IMG/VR virus record: IMGVR_UViG_3300031963_014654
Span: 6,502 to 70,501 of that record
Length of the DNA: 64,000 nucleotides
Source of the DNA: a virus
Strand: one strand, 5' to 3'
Below, piece after piece: positions 29,578 to 39,939 of this stretch. Each line of letters begins with the position of its first letter. The first letter of the stretch is position 1. Both the position numbers and the translations under genes were made by a program. The notes below the pieces were generated by a model. The model searched no databases and had not been told where the DNA came from. It saw only the letters and a program-made list of their open reading frames with translations.

Positions 29578-30062
29578 TTATAATAAAACTACTTTCCCTA
29601 GATTGCTATCTATTAATGATTGTACGTTGTTTTTACCGTATGCAATTAATACGCTTGGTGCTCCTGCAGAACCTTTTTTTATTCCATCAACTGTGTAAAA
29701 TTGGATTCTTTTTTCAATAAAACAAATAGCATTTGCACTATTCCATACATGATCAAAAAACATTTTTGTTTCTGTTCTGGCAAATACAAGTGCAATTGCG
29801 TTTCCATGTTCGGCACATTTACGAAGCCATAAGTGCGTTTTTTTACCGTATGGAGGATTGCACCAAACACGCTGCCCCCCCCCCCCCAATTTTGCTGCAA
29901 TCCATCGTCATTAATGGTAAAGTGTGTGGTTGCTGTATCCCATGGCCGATTAATTGGAGCGCATGGATCTAAATCAAATTTACCAAGTTTATGTACTAAT
30001 GAAGGTGGTGTAAGCCATTCTTCTTTATAGTTTACTATATTGCGTTCGAATTGTACATCCAT
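29578..30062 (-). pseudogene. Phage Dam-like N6-adenine methyltransferase, frameshifted at a G13 tract (29875-29887); possibly phase-variable
   Basis: EEWLTP..FDLDPCA..DGL in one frame; RVWCNPPY..LVFARTET..RIQF..APSVL in another; the junction is exactly the homopolymer. Confidence 0.8.
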
Positions 30063-30823
30063 TATATTACATCAATAAGTTTATTACTATTTTTAATTTC
30101 ATTAAAGCAATCAACTACATGCTGTTTGCCTTTTATATATTCAGCTCCAAATTGGTTTACTTTATTGTAGCTGCTTAACCGGTTGGCATATTGTTCGTGT
30201 TTTTGGATAAGGTAATCGATTCCAATGTATTTGTAATGCAGGAGCTTTAAATGTTCGCTGCGGTATGATAAGTTACGTTTGTATTGTTCTTTTATTACAG
30301 GATTGCAATAGTGTGCTCCTGGTCCATAGTTTATTTCTTCCAACATTTTTGGTTGAAACAGAATTGATTTATCAAAGTTTGGAGCACGAACGCCTTTAGT
30401 AATTAATGTTGTTAAATTGGCAATGTATTTATCTGGGAATGTTTCTGAAAACATATTATAGCCGTATGGCATAATTATAGGGCATGACGATCCAAGTGTT
30501 ATTAAAAAATCGATTATGCCAAATCCAGAATAGTTATAATGCAGCAACTCATCCATATCACAAACAATTACCCAATCGGCTTTGGATTGTTTCCAGCAAT
30601 TGTTTTTAATGTATGTATAGGCTGAATCGTTTAATTGATTGTTGGAATCGTATTGAACTATTTTTACACGTTCGGAAAATTCGTTTTTGATAATTGAAAT
30701 GGTATTATCGGTGCTGTAATTATCGATTATAGTTACTTTGCTGCAAAAGTTTAAATAATGGGCCAATGTGTAACGAATAAGTTTTTCTTCGTTGTAACAC
30801 AATATAAATGCTTCTATTTTCAT
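30062..30823 (-). CDS. Glycosyltransferase family 2-like
   Basis: CYNEE, IIDNYSTDNT, WVIVCDMDE, LLHYK. Confidence 0.85.
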   Translation of the reverse strand: MKIEAFILCYNEEKLIRYTLAHYLNFCSKVTIIDNYSTDNTISIIKNEFSERVKIVQYDSNNQLNDSAYTYIKNNCWKQSKADWVIVCDMDELLHYNYSGFGIIDFLITLGSSCPIIMPYGYNMFSETFPDKYIANLTTLITKGVRAPNFDKSILFQPKMLEEINYGPGAHYCNPVIKEQYKRNLSYRSEHLKLLHYKYIGIDYLIQKHEQYANRLSSYNKVNQFGAEYIKGKQHVVDCFNEIKNSNKLIDVI

Positions 30824-31261
30824 TTATTGTTGCTCAATTTTATTGTTTAAAACCATTATTTTATTAATAAGTTCGCTATTGTCCTTTTGTAGCCTTGTTA
30901 TTGTTTTTGCTTGCTTTGAAATGGTATCATTTAGTTTTTTGATACGTGCATCGGCTGCTAAATTTTTATCAATATCGGATTGTGATGTTTTTTCAACGGA
31001 TTGCATCTTTTGTTGCAGCTTGTACAGTTTTATTTCGAGGGATTTTGCGTATCCGCCCGATTTTAATTGAGTTATTTCCTGCAGAGAATCGTTGTAAAGT
31101 TTTTTATAGTCGGGAATGGATGTTAAATGCCATGCGTTGCATATATTGCAAAGGTAGGCACGTGTAGGCTGCTTTGCTCGCGTGCTTTTTTCTTTTATTC
31201 GGGCAATGTCCTGGTTGGCCAATTGCTCGGATGCATACATAACTTTTTTGCAGGTTCCCAT
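30824..31261 (-). CDS. Hypothetical protein with small Zn-binding motif and coiled coil
   Basis: CKKV.Y..RAYLCNICNAWHLTS. Confidence 0.65.
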   Translation of the reverse strand: MGTCKKVMYASEQLANQDIARIKEKSTRAKQPTRAYLCNICNAWHLTSIPDYKKLYNDSLQEITQLKSGGYAKSLEIKLYKLQQKMQSVEKTSQSDIDKNLAADARIKKLNDTISKQAKTITRLQKDNSELINKIMVLNNKIEQQ

Positions 31262-31270
31262 TTTTTTAGT

Positions 31271-31507
31271 TTACTTTCTAATTTTTTCTTTCAGAAAGGA
31301 AATATTATCATTTAGTATATCAATTAAATCAAAAAATTGAAGATGATCAATTGTGTCATCCATTACAAGTGCGCCAATGTATTGAAAACTTACTTTTTCG
31401 AGTTCAACAAGTAATTTTACGTATTCGTAGGTAGAAATATTGGGCTGTTTTAATTGTTTGCACAGCCGTTCCATTTGATTGCGAAAACGTGTTACTTTGT
31501 TGTTCAT
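31271..31507 (-). CDS. Hypothetical protein
   Basis: 78-aa coupled ORF. Confidence 0.5.
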   Translation of the reverse strand: MNNKVTRFRNQMERLCKQLKQPNISTYEYVKLLVELEKVSFQYIGALVMDDTIDHLQFFDLIDILNDNISFLKEKIRK

Positions 31508-31812
31508 GGCAATGGTATTATAGCTGGTTGGCTTTGTTTTATCATGTTAATCATTGAATCAACTGTAGGCACAAGCTCGTATTGTTCGGATTGAAAAATT
31601 AATTCTTGTCTTTTGTGGATTAATCCATGCAATGTGTTTATCATTTCTACCTGGTATTGCACTTGCCCAAAAAAACGATATTTTTTTCGTTTATGAATTT
31701 CTCGTATTGAGTAGCCAAGTTTTAAGACAGAATCGATGTATGGTTGTACCGTTTGTAAATCGGTAAACCATACGGTATGTATTGCTATTGCAGGATGATA
31801 ACTATAATCCAT
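31504..31812 (-). CDS. Hypothetical protein
   Basis: 102-aa coupled ORF. Confidence 0.5.
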   Translation of the reverse strand: MDYSYHPAIAIHTVWFTDLQTVQPYIDSVLKLGYSIREIHKRKKYRFFGQVQYQVEMINTLHGLIHKRQELIFQSEQYELVPTVDSMINMIKQSQPAIIPLP

Positions 31813-31823
31813 GTTAAATTTTG

Positions 31824-32441
31824 TTATTTAATTTTCCAAATATAATCATGTTCGGTTAATTGTTCAACTTTTTTATGTGTTTTTTTCAACAATTGTTCAA
31901 TTTCGGCTTGGTTGTATTGTTCCTCTATGCAAATATGGTTTACACGGTGGCGCATTGTTTCGAATCCTTTTAATGCTTGTGGTTCGTATCCTTCCACATC
32001 TAAGCTCAATAAATCTATTTGTTGATTAATTGGCAAATAATGGAAAATAAGTGTGTCTAATTTAATTGAATAGCAAATTTGCTTAACTCCTGGTTCGCCT
32101 GCTTTTTTTAAATGATCGCTTTCGGTATTTATTCCGGCAACGGTGCTCATTAATCCATTGCATTCGGGAGTATGAATTAATTCTATTTTTTGATTATCGT
32201 GCTCACCAAGGGCTTTGTTTACAATAATTGTGTTGTGATGCCTATTGCGTACACATGCTTGAAACTGTTCGAATATTGGTTCTACCAAAATACCGGTCCA
32301 TTGCATTTGTTGTTCAAAAAATGCGGTATTTGATTGTGTTAAACCATCGTTTGCGCCTGCTTCGATAAAAAAGCCTTTTTTAATTCCATCAAAATACTTT
32401 TGGCGGAGTAATTTATCAATATTGTTTATGGAGTGGTACAT
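31824..32441 (-). CDS. FkbM-family methyltransferase
   Basis: GFFIEAGANDG..SNT..WTGILVEP..IDLLSLDVEGYE. Confidence 0.9.
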   Translation of the reverse strand: MYHSINNIDKLLRQKYFDGIKKGFFIEAGANDGLTQSNTAFFEQQMQWTGILVEPIFEQFQACVRNRHHNTIIVNKALGEHDNQKIELIHTPECNGLMSTVAGINTESDHLKKAGEPGVKQICYSIKLDTLIFHYLPINQQIDLLSLDVEGYEPQALKGFETMRHRVNHICIEEQYNQAEIEQLLKKTHKKVEQLTEHDYIWKIK

Positions 32442-32446
32442 ATTGA

Positions 32447-32806
32447 TTATTTATTTTTTTGGTAATATTTTTTAATTTCATATTTTGCAATATATGATTT
32501 TGCTATTTGTTCACTTTCAGTTTTAACTTCAATGTATTCTTGCTTATAAGCATAATCGGGAGTTATGTGTTTTTTATCCACAAAATCGCCTTCTGGATAA
32601 AAATGCTTTATGGTTAAATTGCAATTTTCTCCTAAATACTTTTTAAGTGGCTCGCTATCACAAATAAGTGCCCTCCCTATATCTGGTTGAAAATATTCAG
32701 TTCCAAAACAATTAGTAAAAATTGCGCCTGTTAAATAATTAACAAAGTCGCACTTTTGCCCATAATTATGAATCCGCCAAGTTCTTTTTATTATAAAGTT
32801 TTGCAT
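32447..32806 (-). CDS. Hypothetical protein
   Basis: 119-aa ORF. Confidence 0.55.
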   Translation of the reverse strand: MQNFIIKRTWRIHNYGQKCDFVNYLTGAIFTNCFGTEYFQPDIGRALICDSEPLKKYLGENCNLTIKHFYPEGDFVDKKHITPDYAYKQEYIEVKTESEQIAKSYIAKYEIKKYYQKNK

Positions 32807-32809
32807 TTT

Positions 32810-33448
32810 TTATCGATTAATCCACTTTTTATGTTTTTGCAATAGAATGCTTTTGCCTCCATCAATCCAATTATTAAAGCTGCATGAAAACTGCTGTATT
32901 ATTACAAATTCGTGCTTGTATAACAAATCCAAAAAATCGGTTTGGTTAATAATTGAATGGTATGTTTTTGCATTGTAACTATCGTTTACTGTTGTACGTG
33001 TTTGGCCTGTATTATCAAATTCCTGCCTGTGCAATATTACATAATTTTTGGCATTTTCCAATACTTTTTCCAATTGCTGCAATGGATGCTCCATTACATC
33101 AATAAATGCATTCATAAGAATTATATCAAAATCGGCAATAGGTAGATCGTTTATGTTTTGGGATTTAATGTATTTATAGTTTGGGTGCCATTTTTGGGCG
33201 CATTGCTCAATTATGTATGGCAAATCGGAGCCATTGTATTCAAAATGATAATCATTAAATAGTTTTGAAATTTGGGCTGTTCCGCAACCAATATCCAATA
33301 CACGTTGTTGGTTATGGCGGAATGGTATTGCTTTTATTTGTTCTTTTAATACTTGTATGTGTTGTGTTTCGTCCATCAAATTAAGATAAACAGGATAATT
33401 GCGATTCATTTCAATTGCAACTTCGGGTGTGTGCCAGCATTCTATCAT
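32810..33448 (-). CDS. Class I SAM-dependent methyltransferase
   Basis: VLDIGCGT, FDIILMNA. Confidence 0.8.
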   Translation of the reverse strand: MIECWHTPEVAIEMNRNYPVYLNLMDETQHIQVLKEQIKAIPFRHNQQRVLDIGCGTAQISKLFNDYHFEYNGSDLPYIIEQCAQKWHPNYKYIKSQNINDLPIADFDIILMNAFIDVMEHPLQQLEKVLENAKNYVILHRQEFDNTGQTRTTVNDSYNAKTYHSIINQTDFLDLLYKHEFVIIQQFSCSFNNWIDGGKSILLQKHKKWINR

Positions 33449-33466
33449 TATATTGGTTGTTGGTTA

Positions 33467-34024
33467 TTAGTTGTTGGTTGTTGGTCTGTTTAAAATTCGG
33501 ATTGCTTTTATTGTGTTAATTTCGGTTAGTCCGTATCCATGAACATTATCTGGATGTTCTGATACATTTGAGCATTGCACATAATTGTTGAATTGTTTCA
33601 TTAAAAAATCGGTATCATCATCTAAAATAACGTAGTTTTTTATGGTTCCAAATGCTTGGGATTCGTTTTGTATCCAATAGTCTACTTCGCAACCACGTGG
33701 AACGGAATATCCTTTTATACGTGGTGTTTGTTTTGCAGATAATTTATTGTTCCAAAATTGAATATTGTTTGTTCCTTTAAATATATACAAACTTGGTGTT
33801 GTATCTATAACTTCGCCAGGTAAATTGCGGTATTCCCACATTTCCTGCATAATTTTTAATGAACTTTTGCGCCAACTGCTGCTTATTACAATTTTGGCTT
33901 GTGTTTCATCAATAATTCGTTTTAAGTTATTTACAAAATGTGGATGAAACAATTGTCCATATTCATCGTGCTCCTGACTTGCAACGGCTAAAACGCCATC
34001 AATATCTACAAATGCTATGTTCAT
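33467..34024 (-). CDS. HAD-superfamily protein (Swiss Army Knife RNA-repair-like HAD)
   Basis: FVDIDGVL, IVISSSWR, YVILDDD. Confidence 0.8.
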   Translation of the reverse strand: MNIAFVDIDGVLAVASQEHDEYGQLFHPHFVNNLKRIIDETQAKIVISSSWRKSSLKIMQEMWEYRNLPGEVIDTTPSLYIFKGTNNIQFWNNKLSAKQTPRIKGYSVPRGCEVDYWIQNESQAFGTIKNYVILDDDTDFLMKQFNNYVQCSNVSEHPDNVHGYGLTEINTIKAIRILNRPTTNN

Positions 34025-34524
34025 GGTTTTGTTGAATCATTTTTTTGTTGATTATAATATAATTGCATTATGTTTGCTTCGGATAGGATTGTTTTAAAAT
34101 TATCGTTTGAATAATAATTTGCACCAATCATTTTTATATATCCATTATCGCGTGCCCATGTTGTTCCGCTAATTAAACTTGGATATAAATGGTTTTGGAA
34201 ATTGGCTTCGAGCTGTTTTATTGCTGCATCGGCAACTATATGTGGAAAATTGTTAATTGCAGCATTTTGCACAACAACTTTCTCCCACAATTCTTTATGC
34301 TCTTGCTGTTTTACAGCATAAACAAGTGCCCCATATTCAAATGCTGATTTTAAAAATGCATGTTTATTTTCATACACATCAAAGCTATAAAGATTGTCTT
34401 GTATGTAATTTTGGATCTTGGATTTTGTTTCGGAATCAATTACATTGCATTTATCAATAATTTTATTGAGTTCATCAATTATTGCTTTGCGTAAATCGTG
34501 TTTGTTTATATCTAATGGGTTCAT
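34021..34524 (-). CDS. Hypothetical protein
   Basis: 167-aa coupled ORF. Confidence 0.55.
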   Translation of the reverse strand: MNPLDINKHDLRKAIIDELNKIIDKCNVIDSETKSKIQNYIQDNLYSFDVYENKHAFLKSAFEYGALVYAVKQQEHKELWEKVVVQNAAINNFPHIVADAAIKQLEANFQNHLYPSLISGTTWARDNGYIKMIGANYYSNDNFKTILSEANIMQLYYNQQKNDSTKP

Positions 34525-34634
34525 TTTACAATATTTTTTCGATTAATTTTAAACCTGCGAAATTTTTGTATTAATGTATTGGTTCAATGCTTTTTGCAAT
34601 TTTTCTTTTTGTGGTTTTTGTGCTTTCATGGTTT

Positions 34635-34904
34635 TTATTTTAAATCATCAAATTGTTTTTGGAGGTCGGCTATTCTATAAGTAATAGAATTATAAACCGC
34701 TTCGGCATCTTCTTTATGAATTTCTTTGAATGAACTTACATCATGGTGAATTGGAACTATGGCTTTTTGTCCAAAAAACTCCATTTCTACCTTAATTCCA
34801 AATGACTTGCCTTCAAATAATGCTGAAAGATATTGTTTTGTCATTCTCAAAAAGTAAATCCTTTGTTGGATTTGTTGTGCAACTTCAAATGTTTCTGGTT
34901 TCAT
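34635..34904 (-). CDS. Hypothetical protein
   Basis: 89-aa coupled ORF. Confidence 0.55.
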   Translation of the reverse strand: MKPETFEVAQQIQQRIYFLRMTKQYLSALFEGKSFGIKVEMEFFGQKAIVPIHHDVSSFKEIHKEDAEAVYNSITYRIADLQKQFDDLK

Positions 34905-35212
34905 TATAGTTTTAGTTTTGCTTCGTAATTTAACATTAATGCGCTTGGTTTGTTTTGTTTGCCTTCTTCAAAAAATGCATCCATTTTGGTTTTATCGTTT
35001 GGCTTCAACAATGTTAATGCATAGGCATATTTCATGCATGTAAGTTTGTAATACAAGTTGTTTTTACTACGTGGTGTGTAATGCTCAAATGCAATTAAAT
35101 AACCAAGCAAAATGGCTGTTTCTAGCTTTAATTGTTTGTAACTTAATTTACGTAAATATTTACGATATTGAACGAATGCAGGCAATGTGTTGCCTATGTT
35201 TTTTTTAGCCAT
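34904..35212 (-). CDS. Hypothetical protein
   Basis: 102-aa coupled ORF. Confidence 0.55.
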   Translation of the reverse strand: MAKKNIGNTLPAFVQYRKYLRKLSYKQLKLETAILLGYLIAFEHYTPRSKNNLYYKLTCMKYAYALTLLKPNDKTKMDAFFEEGKQNKPSALMLNYEAKLKL

Positions 35213-35831
35213 TATCTATAAGTTTAAATTCATATACAAATACCCATGGATTTTTGTTCCATGAATCGTTTCCATTAATAAAGCTCCATAAAGACTTAAA
35301 AGAATAAGTTGTTTGCTTATGTGCAAAATTATCATCAAAATAGCATTTATACAATTCGGTATCTCTCCAATGCTTTTCCACTCCTTCTTTTAAGGCATCG
35401 TATTCGGAAATATCCTGCAATCGTTCTACTCGAATATTGGTAACTTGTACTTTAAAACGTGCTGATACTGCAGGCATCATTAATTTTGATTTCCACTTTA
35501 TTTTTTTGCGTGCTTCTGGATCATAATCGGCTTGATAAATGTGATGGTGTGTTGTATTGCCTGCAATGGCATAGTTTTCCTTTAAATAGCAAATATCACC
35601 TATTTGGTATTTTGGCTTGCATGATATTAATGCTGATGTGCTTGGATTGTCTAAATCAACAAAAAGTGCATACAATTGGTCCTTTTCGGTAATTGGTGGT
35701 AATAATGCATGAAACTTGTAACGGCTTGGATTTTCATTGACTTTTTCAAGTCCGTGAGTTCTGCGTGTTTGTGTTTTTACTTTAGCAACAACTTGCTTTA
35801 ATAAAAACTCTTTGAACATAAATGATTTCAT
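35205..35831 (-). CDS. ASCH-like phage protein
   Basis: KTQTRR, WKSKLMMP, VTNIRVERLQDISE.DA..EG, NPWVFVYEF. Confidence 0.75.
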   Translation of the reverse strand: MKSFMFKEFLLKQVVAKVKTQTRRTHGLEKVNENPSRYKFHALLPPITEKDQLYALFVDLDNPSTSALISCKPKYQIGDICYLKENYAIAGNTTHHHIYQADYDPEARKKIKWKSKLMMPAVSARFKVQVTNIRVERLQDISEYDALKEGVEKHWRDTELYKCYFDDNFAHKQTTYSFKSLWSFINGNDSWNKNPWVFVYEFKLIDNG

Positions 35832-35850
35832 TTTCCCATTTTTTTTATAA

Positions 35851-36075
35851 TCAACTTGGCAATAATATACAATCTTTTTGATGTATCAAAATAAAATGAT
35901 TACATTCTTTTGTTGTTTTATAATAGTTTTTGCCATGTGGTACTACCGGAAGGCTTTGCCCAATACTTTTGGATAACAAAACGCTATTCCTATCGGTTAA
36001 AACGCCTTTGTATTCTACAATTGGATATGCTCCATTGGAGTATCCTGTAATTTGTACCCAAAGTTCTTGATCCAT
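35851..36075 (-). CDS. Hypothetical protein
   Basis: 74-aa coupled ORF. Confidence 0.5.
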   Translation of the reverse strand: MDQELWVQITGYSNGAYPIVEYKGVLTDRNSVLLSKSIGQSLPVVPHGKNYYKTTKECNHFILIHQKDCILLPS

Positions 36076-36680
36076 TATTTTTTCTTTTGTTTTGCTATTT
36101 TTAAGCCTGTTGCATGTTGTTCTGGACTAGCAATTACATCGGTAGCTTTTACTACTTTTTTGTTTTGTAGTGCTTTTATTTTAAATAAATGCAATGCAAA
36201 TTCGCCTTTTTGGTGCTGCAAGTATTGTTCGGCTTGGAAATACTCGTTTCTGCGGTATTGTTCCTGTGGATGATTAAAATCGAACATAAATACGCGTGTG
36301 GTATCTGTGCCAATGTTTTCGCACATGCGTGCGCAATGTACGCGAGCACGCCCACGGATAATTACTACCGAAAATTTGCCAAAACGTTTTAATTGTTGTT
36401 CGGCTTCCTGTATGTATGCATGAAACTCGCGTTCGTTACCATCATCGGATTGCATTGGCTCGGTTGGTGGAACATATACGGAAGTCATGTTTTGTGGCTG
36501 CAAATCAATAATTTTGCCTAACGCATCAAGCTCATGTGTAATAACGGTTACGTGTTTTACTTTATCGGCAATTTGAAGTGATAAATCACCATTTCCCCAT
36601 TCCAATACACGATCGGTAGGTTTTAAGTTTTTTAATAAAAAAGCTGCTTCGGCTTCGGTACAAATGTTTTCGAAATTCAT
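36075..36680 (-). CDS. Methyltransferase-fold protein (divergent)
   Basis: VLEWGNG.S and FSVVIIRGRAR..C parallel EYGMGAS and YDIILVDGRNR..C in 46693..47253. Confidence 0.6.
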   Translation of the reverse strand: MNFENICTEAEAAFLLKNLKPTDRVLEWGNGDLSLQIADKVKHVTVITHELDALGKIIDLQPQNMTSVYVPPTEPMQSDDGNEREFHAYIQEAEQQLKRFGKFSVVIIRGRARVHCARMCENIGTDTTRVFMFDFNHPQEQYRRNEYFQAEQYLQHQKGEFALHLFKIKALQNKKVVKATDVIASPEQHATGLKIAKQKKK

Positions 36681-36701
36681 GGTTTGTTTATTTTTTATTT
36701 G

Positions 36702-36920
36702 TTATTGAGCATCGATAAAATTAACGGAATTAAATCCTATGTTTGGTATTTCTTGAATATACACTACTGTATGCCATCCATCAACTTTGGTAGATTGAAT
36801 TGTGTATTTGCCTCCTACCTTTAAATACTTATTTGCTAATTCGGCTTCGGGTTCATTACCATTGTTAATTGATTCTTTTGTTACAATTACTTTGTGCCCT
36901 TGTTTTGCGTATATGTTCAT
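36702..36920 (-). CDS. Hypothetical protein
   Basis: Likely start MNIYAK; -7 element TATATTTG at 36942-36949. Confidence 0.6.
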   Translation of the reverse strand: MNIYAKQGHKVIVTKESINNGNEPEAELANKYLKVGGKYTIQSTKVDGWHTVVYIQEIPNIGFNSVNFIDAQ

Positions 36921-36950
36921 GGTATAAATTTTATTTAATTGCAAATATAA

Positions 36951-37517
36951 TTATTTTTTTATAAACAAATCTATTTGGTCGGGTTGCTTAAATTCCTTCC
37001 AATTGAAGTCTTTTTTTGTTTTTGTTTTGTGGCAAGGCTTGCACAATGGCTTGAAATTTCCTAACCAACAACCACCACCGCCATGCTTAACAGGTATAAT
37101 GTGATCTATATCTTCCCAATCATTTTCGTTGCATTCGCAACACTTGCTTCCGTAATATGTATGAAGAAGAACTTTTGCCTCTTTTGTTCCGTAAGCAATT
37201 ATTGAATAAACACGGTATGCAAAGTTTTTACAATTTTGGTCGGCCCAACTAAATTTTGCTTTTTGTCCGCAACCACAACGGCAATCGCCATTATCGTTTT
37301 TTGGAAACAGAGCTTCTATTGTTAATTTGCCTTGGTTTCTTCTGTATGGATTAATTAAATGGCTTATTCGTTGATATATTTCTGTGGGATTAAAGAATAT
37401 TAATCGCAATCGATTATTCCAATATCCCATTCTTAAAGAATCTTCCAAAAACCATTCGGGAGCACTAATTTCCTTTTGTGGTAATGGCTTTATTGTTTCC
37501 GCATTTATTTCCATCAA
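36951..37517 (-). CDS. HNH endonuclease
   Basis: CCEC..DIDHIIPVKHGGG..N..LCKPCHKTKT. Confidence 0.85.
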   Translation of the reverse strand: MMEINAETIKPLPQKEISAPEWFLEDSLRMGYWNNRLRLIFFNPTEIYQRISHLINPYRRNQGKLTIEALFPKNDNGDCRCGCGQKAKFSWADQNCKNFAYRVYSIIAYGTKEAKVLLHTYYGSKCCECNENDWEDIDHIIPVKHGGGGCWLGNFKPLCKPCHKTKTKKDFNWKEFKQPDQIDLFIKK

Positions 37518-38410
37518 TGAAACGCCCTTTCCAACAAAAATGGTGTTAATTGTGCTTCAAACTCCTTTTTTAGCTGTTTCATGGCTTTGGTGATAGCAAA
37601 TGGATGGCAACCTGTGAAACGTGTTGTATAGCAATCGCCACGTGCATCTGGTGTAAATTCGTGTACGCCTTGGTATTTTTGTTCTATTGATTGCTTTTGC
37701 TCTGCATTACCTGTTACCCATGGTAAATATACGCTATTGAAATAATCGGGGATGCATTTGCCTGGTGAAATTACTGCCCCCTCGTAATATTGTACTTTTT
37801 CGAATACTTGTCGCGGAAACGTGTAACTGTAATGATACATGTAAATTCCTTGTGCGGCCAATTGCTCGCTCGATAAGTGTTTTTTGTCTACTCCTGCAGG
37901 TAATTCCATTGTTGGTGGACGATGGTTTATCCATTGTGCGCCCCAATATGGATATTTGCGGATACGAATAAATTCGTGATCATGGTCGAAGCCGGTTAAA
38001 TAATGCTCAAATCCACCATAAAAACTGTATGCTTTAAATCCAACGCTGGTTGGTTTTTCGGTTTCGAGTAGTTTAATTGTTGATTGAATATCGGCTGCTT
38101 TAAAAACTTCATCGGCATCAATATTCCAGATGTAATCGGTATCGGCTTCTACATGCTGCATGTATGCATTGGCTTGCTCGGTTTTTTCCAAGTATGTGCC
38201 ATGTACAATTTTGATTTTTTTCTGTGGATCGGGAAAGTTTTTGAGTATTTGGTTTGTACGGTCCAACGATGTGGTGAATCCTTTATCTTTCCAATATGTA
38301 ACACAACCTTCGGAAATAAGGATTTGGTTCATGTATGGATAAATGCTTTCCAATACTTGTTGTAATACAAAATCGGAATTAAAAACGATTATTCCTGCTG
38401 CTATTTTCAT
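37514..38410 (-). CDS. Glycosyltransferase (GT-A/GT2-like)
   Basis: GIIVFN..ISEG..DYIWNIDADE..MYHYSY. Confidence 0.75.
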   Translation of the reverse strand: MKIAAGIIVFNSDFVLQQVLESIYPYMNQILISEGCVTYWKDKGFTTSLDRTNQILKNFPDPQKKIKIVHGTYLEKTEQANAYMQHVEADTDYIWNIDADEVFKAADIQSTIKLLETEKPTSVGFKAYSFYGGFEHYLTGFDHDHEFIRIRKYPYWGAQWINHRPPTMELPAGVDKKHLSSEQLAAQGIYMYHYSYTFPRQVFEKVQYYEGAVISPGKCIPDYFNSVYLPWVTGNAEQKQSIEQKYQGVHEFTPDARGDCYTTRFTGCHPFAITKAMKQLKKEFEAQLTPFLLERAFH

Positions 38411-38420
38411 GGGTTATTTT

Positions 38421-38822
38421 TTATTGTTCTCTATATTTGCTTAATAGCTGTTCAAACTTTATTCCTTCATCAACATTTCCATCTGACTTTTGATACCATA
38501 AACCATTTGCTCCTTTTATCCAATATCCAGCATCAATAAAATCAGCAAAATCCTCCATTTCATTGTTTTTTTTTACTGAATTTTCTTCTGCTCCCTTTTT
38601 TATAGTAATACTTGTTAATCCTGGAGTACCATCATCTGTCCATGTAAATTCTTCCATAACTGCAAATGAAGGATTTTCGCCTGTTTGTTGTTTGTATGCT
38701 TGTTTCAACGTTACAGCCAAACTCAAGCATTCCGATAAATCCGTTAAAAACAAATCTATATTATCTTTTGTTACTGCATTTACTGCATCGGCTACTGTTT
38801 TAATATTGTATTTTTTTGCCAT
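38421..38822 (-). CDS. Hypothetical protein
   Basis: 133-aa ORF. Confidence 0.55.
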   Translation of the reverse strand: MAKKYNIKTVADAVNAVTKDNIDLFLTDLSECLSLAVTLKQAYKQQTGENPSFAVMEEFTWTDDGTPGLTSITIKKGAEENSVKKNNEMEDFADFIDAGYWIKGANGLWYQKSDGNVDEGIKFEQLLSKYREQ

Positions 38823-38827
38823 TTTTT

Positions 38828-39070
38828 TTAATTATTGTTTTTACGATGTATAAAGCAATTTTGTGTTTCTATTTGGCATGTATTTGGAATAAATGCTACA
38901 GGTTTGTTGAATTTGGAGCATGTTCCATAATTGCAGCGATGCGATGCTTTTAATTGCCCTTGGTGCAAATGGTCGAATGATTTCATTTTTTCAAAATCGC
39001 GGACCATAAAAGCACAATCGTTGCAATTGCAATCTATGAGCTGCAATTCATACAAACTATTTTTATCCAT
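38828..39070 (-). CDS. Small Cys-rich protein
   Basis: DCNCNDC..YGTC..PNTCQ..CF. Confidence 0.6.
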   Translation of the reverse strand: MDKNSLYELQLIDCNCNDCAFMVRDFEKMKSFDHLHQGQLKASHRCNYGTCSKFNKPVAFIPNTCQIETQNCFIHRKNNN

Positions 39071-39283
39071 TTAATCTTTTTTTGAAAACAATGCCTTAAC
39101 AATTACTATTATTAAAAATAGCCCTATTGATATTACTGCTGGTGCCCATAAAGGTGCTGTTACTGCCCACCAACTCCAATTGGCTACCATACCAATTTGT
39201 GTAAGTTTTAGTACTAAAAAGATAAGGAATACTACTATTAAAAGTAATGATAAGGCTCCGGAGTTTGATTTTTTTTCTGACAT
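39071..39283 (-). CDS. Small two-TM membrane protein
   Basis: LIFLVLKL..WSWWAVTAPLW motif. Confidence 0.7.
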   Translation of the reverse strand: MSEKKSNSGALSLLLIVVFLIFLVLKLTQIGMVANWSWWAVTAPLWAPAVISIGLFLIIVIVKALFSKKD

Positions 39284-39288
39284 TTTTT

Positions 39289-39939
39289 TTAGTTTTTATA
39301 TTTATTATACAATTGTGTGAATAATGGTGTTGGATTTTTTAAGCAACAGGTGTTTTCGGCTCCATGATCATCGTCAATAGGGCGAAGTATTTCTACCTTT
39401 GGTATTAAGCATGTATATTCCATATCGGATTGATAGTGCCTTAATTCATAATCGTGTGGGCGATGGCCTATACGCCTAAAAAACTTTTTTGCATATTCGG
39501 CTTTAAAAATACAATTTGTTCCTAAATAAAATCGTTTGAAAGGTATGCAAAACTTTTCGAAGTTTGGTGCTGTAAATCGAATAATTTTAACAAATTCATC
39601 TTCATAAATTGCTGGTACATGTTTAGAGCACTCCATTTCTACCTGGTGGAAACTTGTACGAATAACATCTACGCTATGCTCTGCTGCTTTTTGCATAATG
39701 TAATCAAATGTATTTTTATCCTGCAGCACGCAAAAATGATCTTCCTCAAAATTCAAAAAATAATCGGAATCGGCTTTTAAATTATTGTTAATCAATTCAA
39801 TCATTTTTTCGCCATGGCTTTGTTCTGAATTTATTATAATTTCAGATGGAGCTTTAATAAAATCAATTGAATCTCTTGATATTGCATAAAACAATCCGCG
39901 CTCCTTTGATTTTAGGTGTATGTTGCCTAATATGTGCAT
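39289..39939 (-). CDS. Possible glycosyltransferase-like protein
   Basis: DYFLNFEEDH, an acidic motif after a hydrophobic strand; weak. Confidence 0.4.
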   Translation of the reverse strand: MHILGNIHLKSKERGLFYAISRDSIDFIKAPSEIIINSEQSHGEKMIELINNNLKADSDYFLNFEEDHFCVLQDKNTFDYIMQKAAEHSVDVIRTSFHQVEMECSKHVPAIYEDEFVKIIRFTAPNFEKFCIPFKRFYLGTNCIFKAEYAKKFFRRIGHRPHDYELRHYQSDMEYTCLIPKVEILRPIDDDHGAENTCCLKNPTPLFTQLYNKYKN

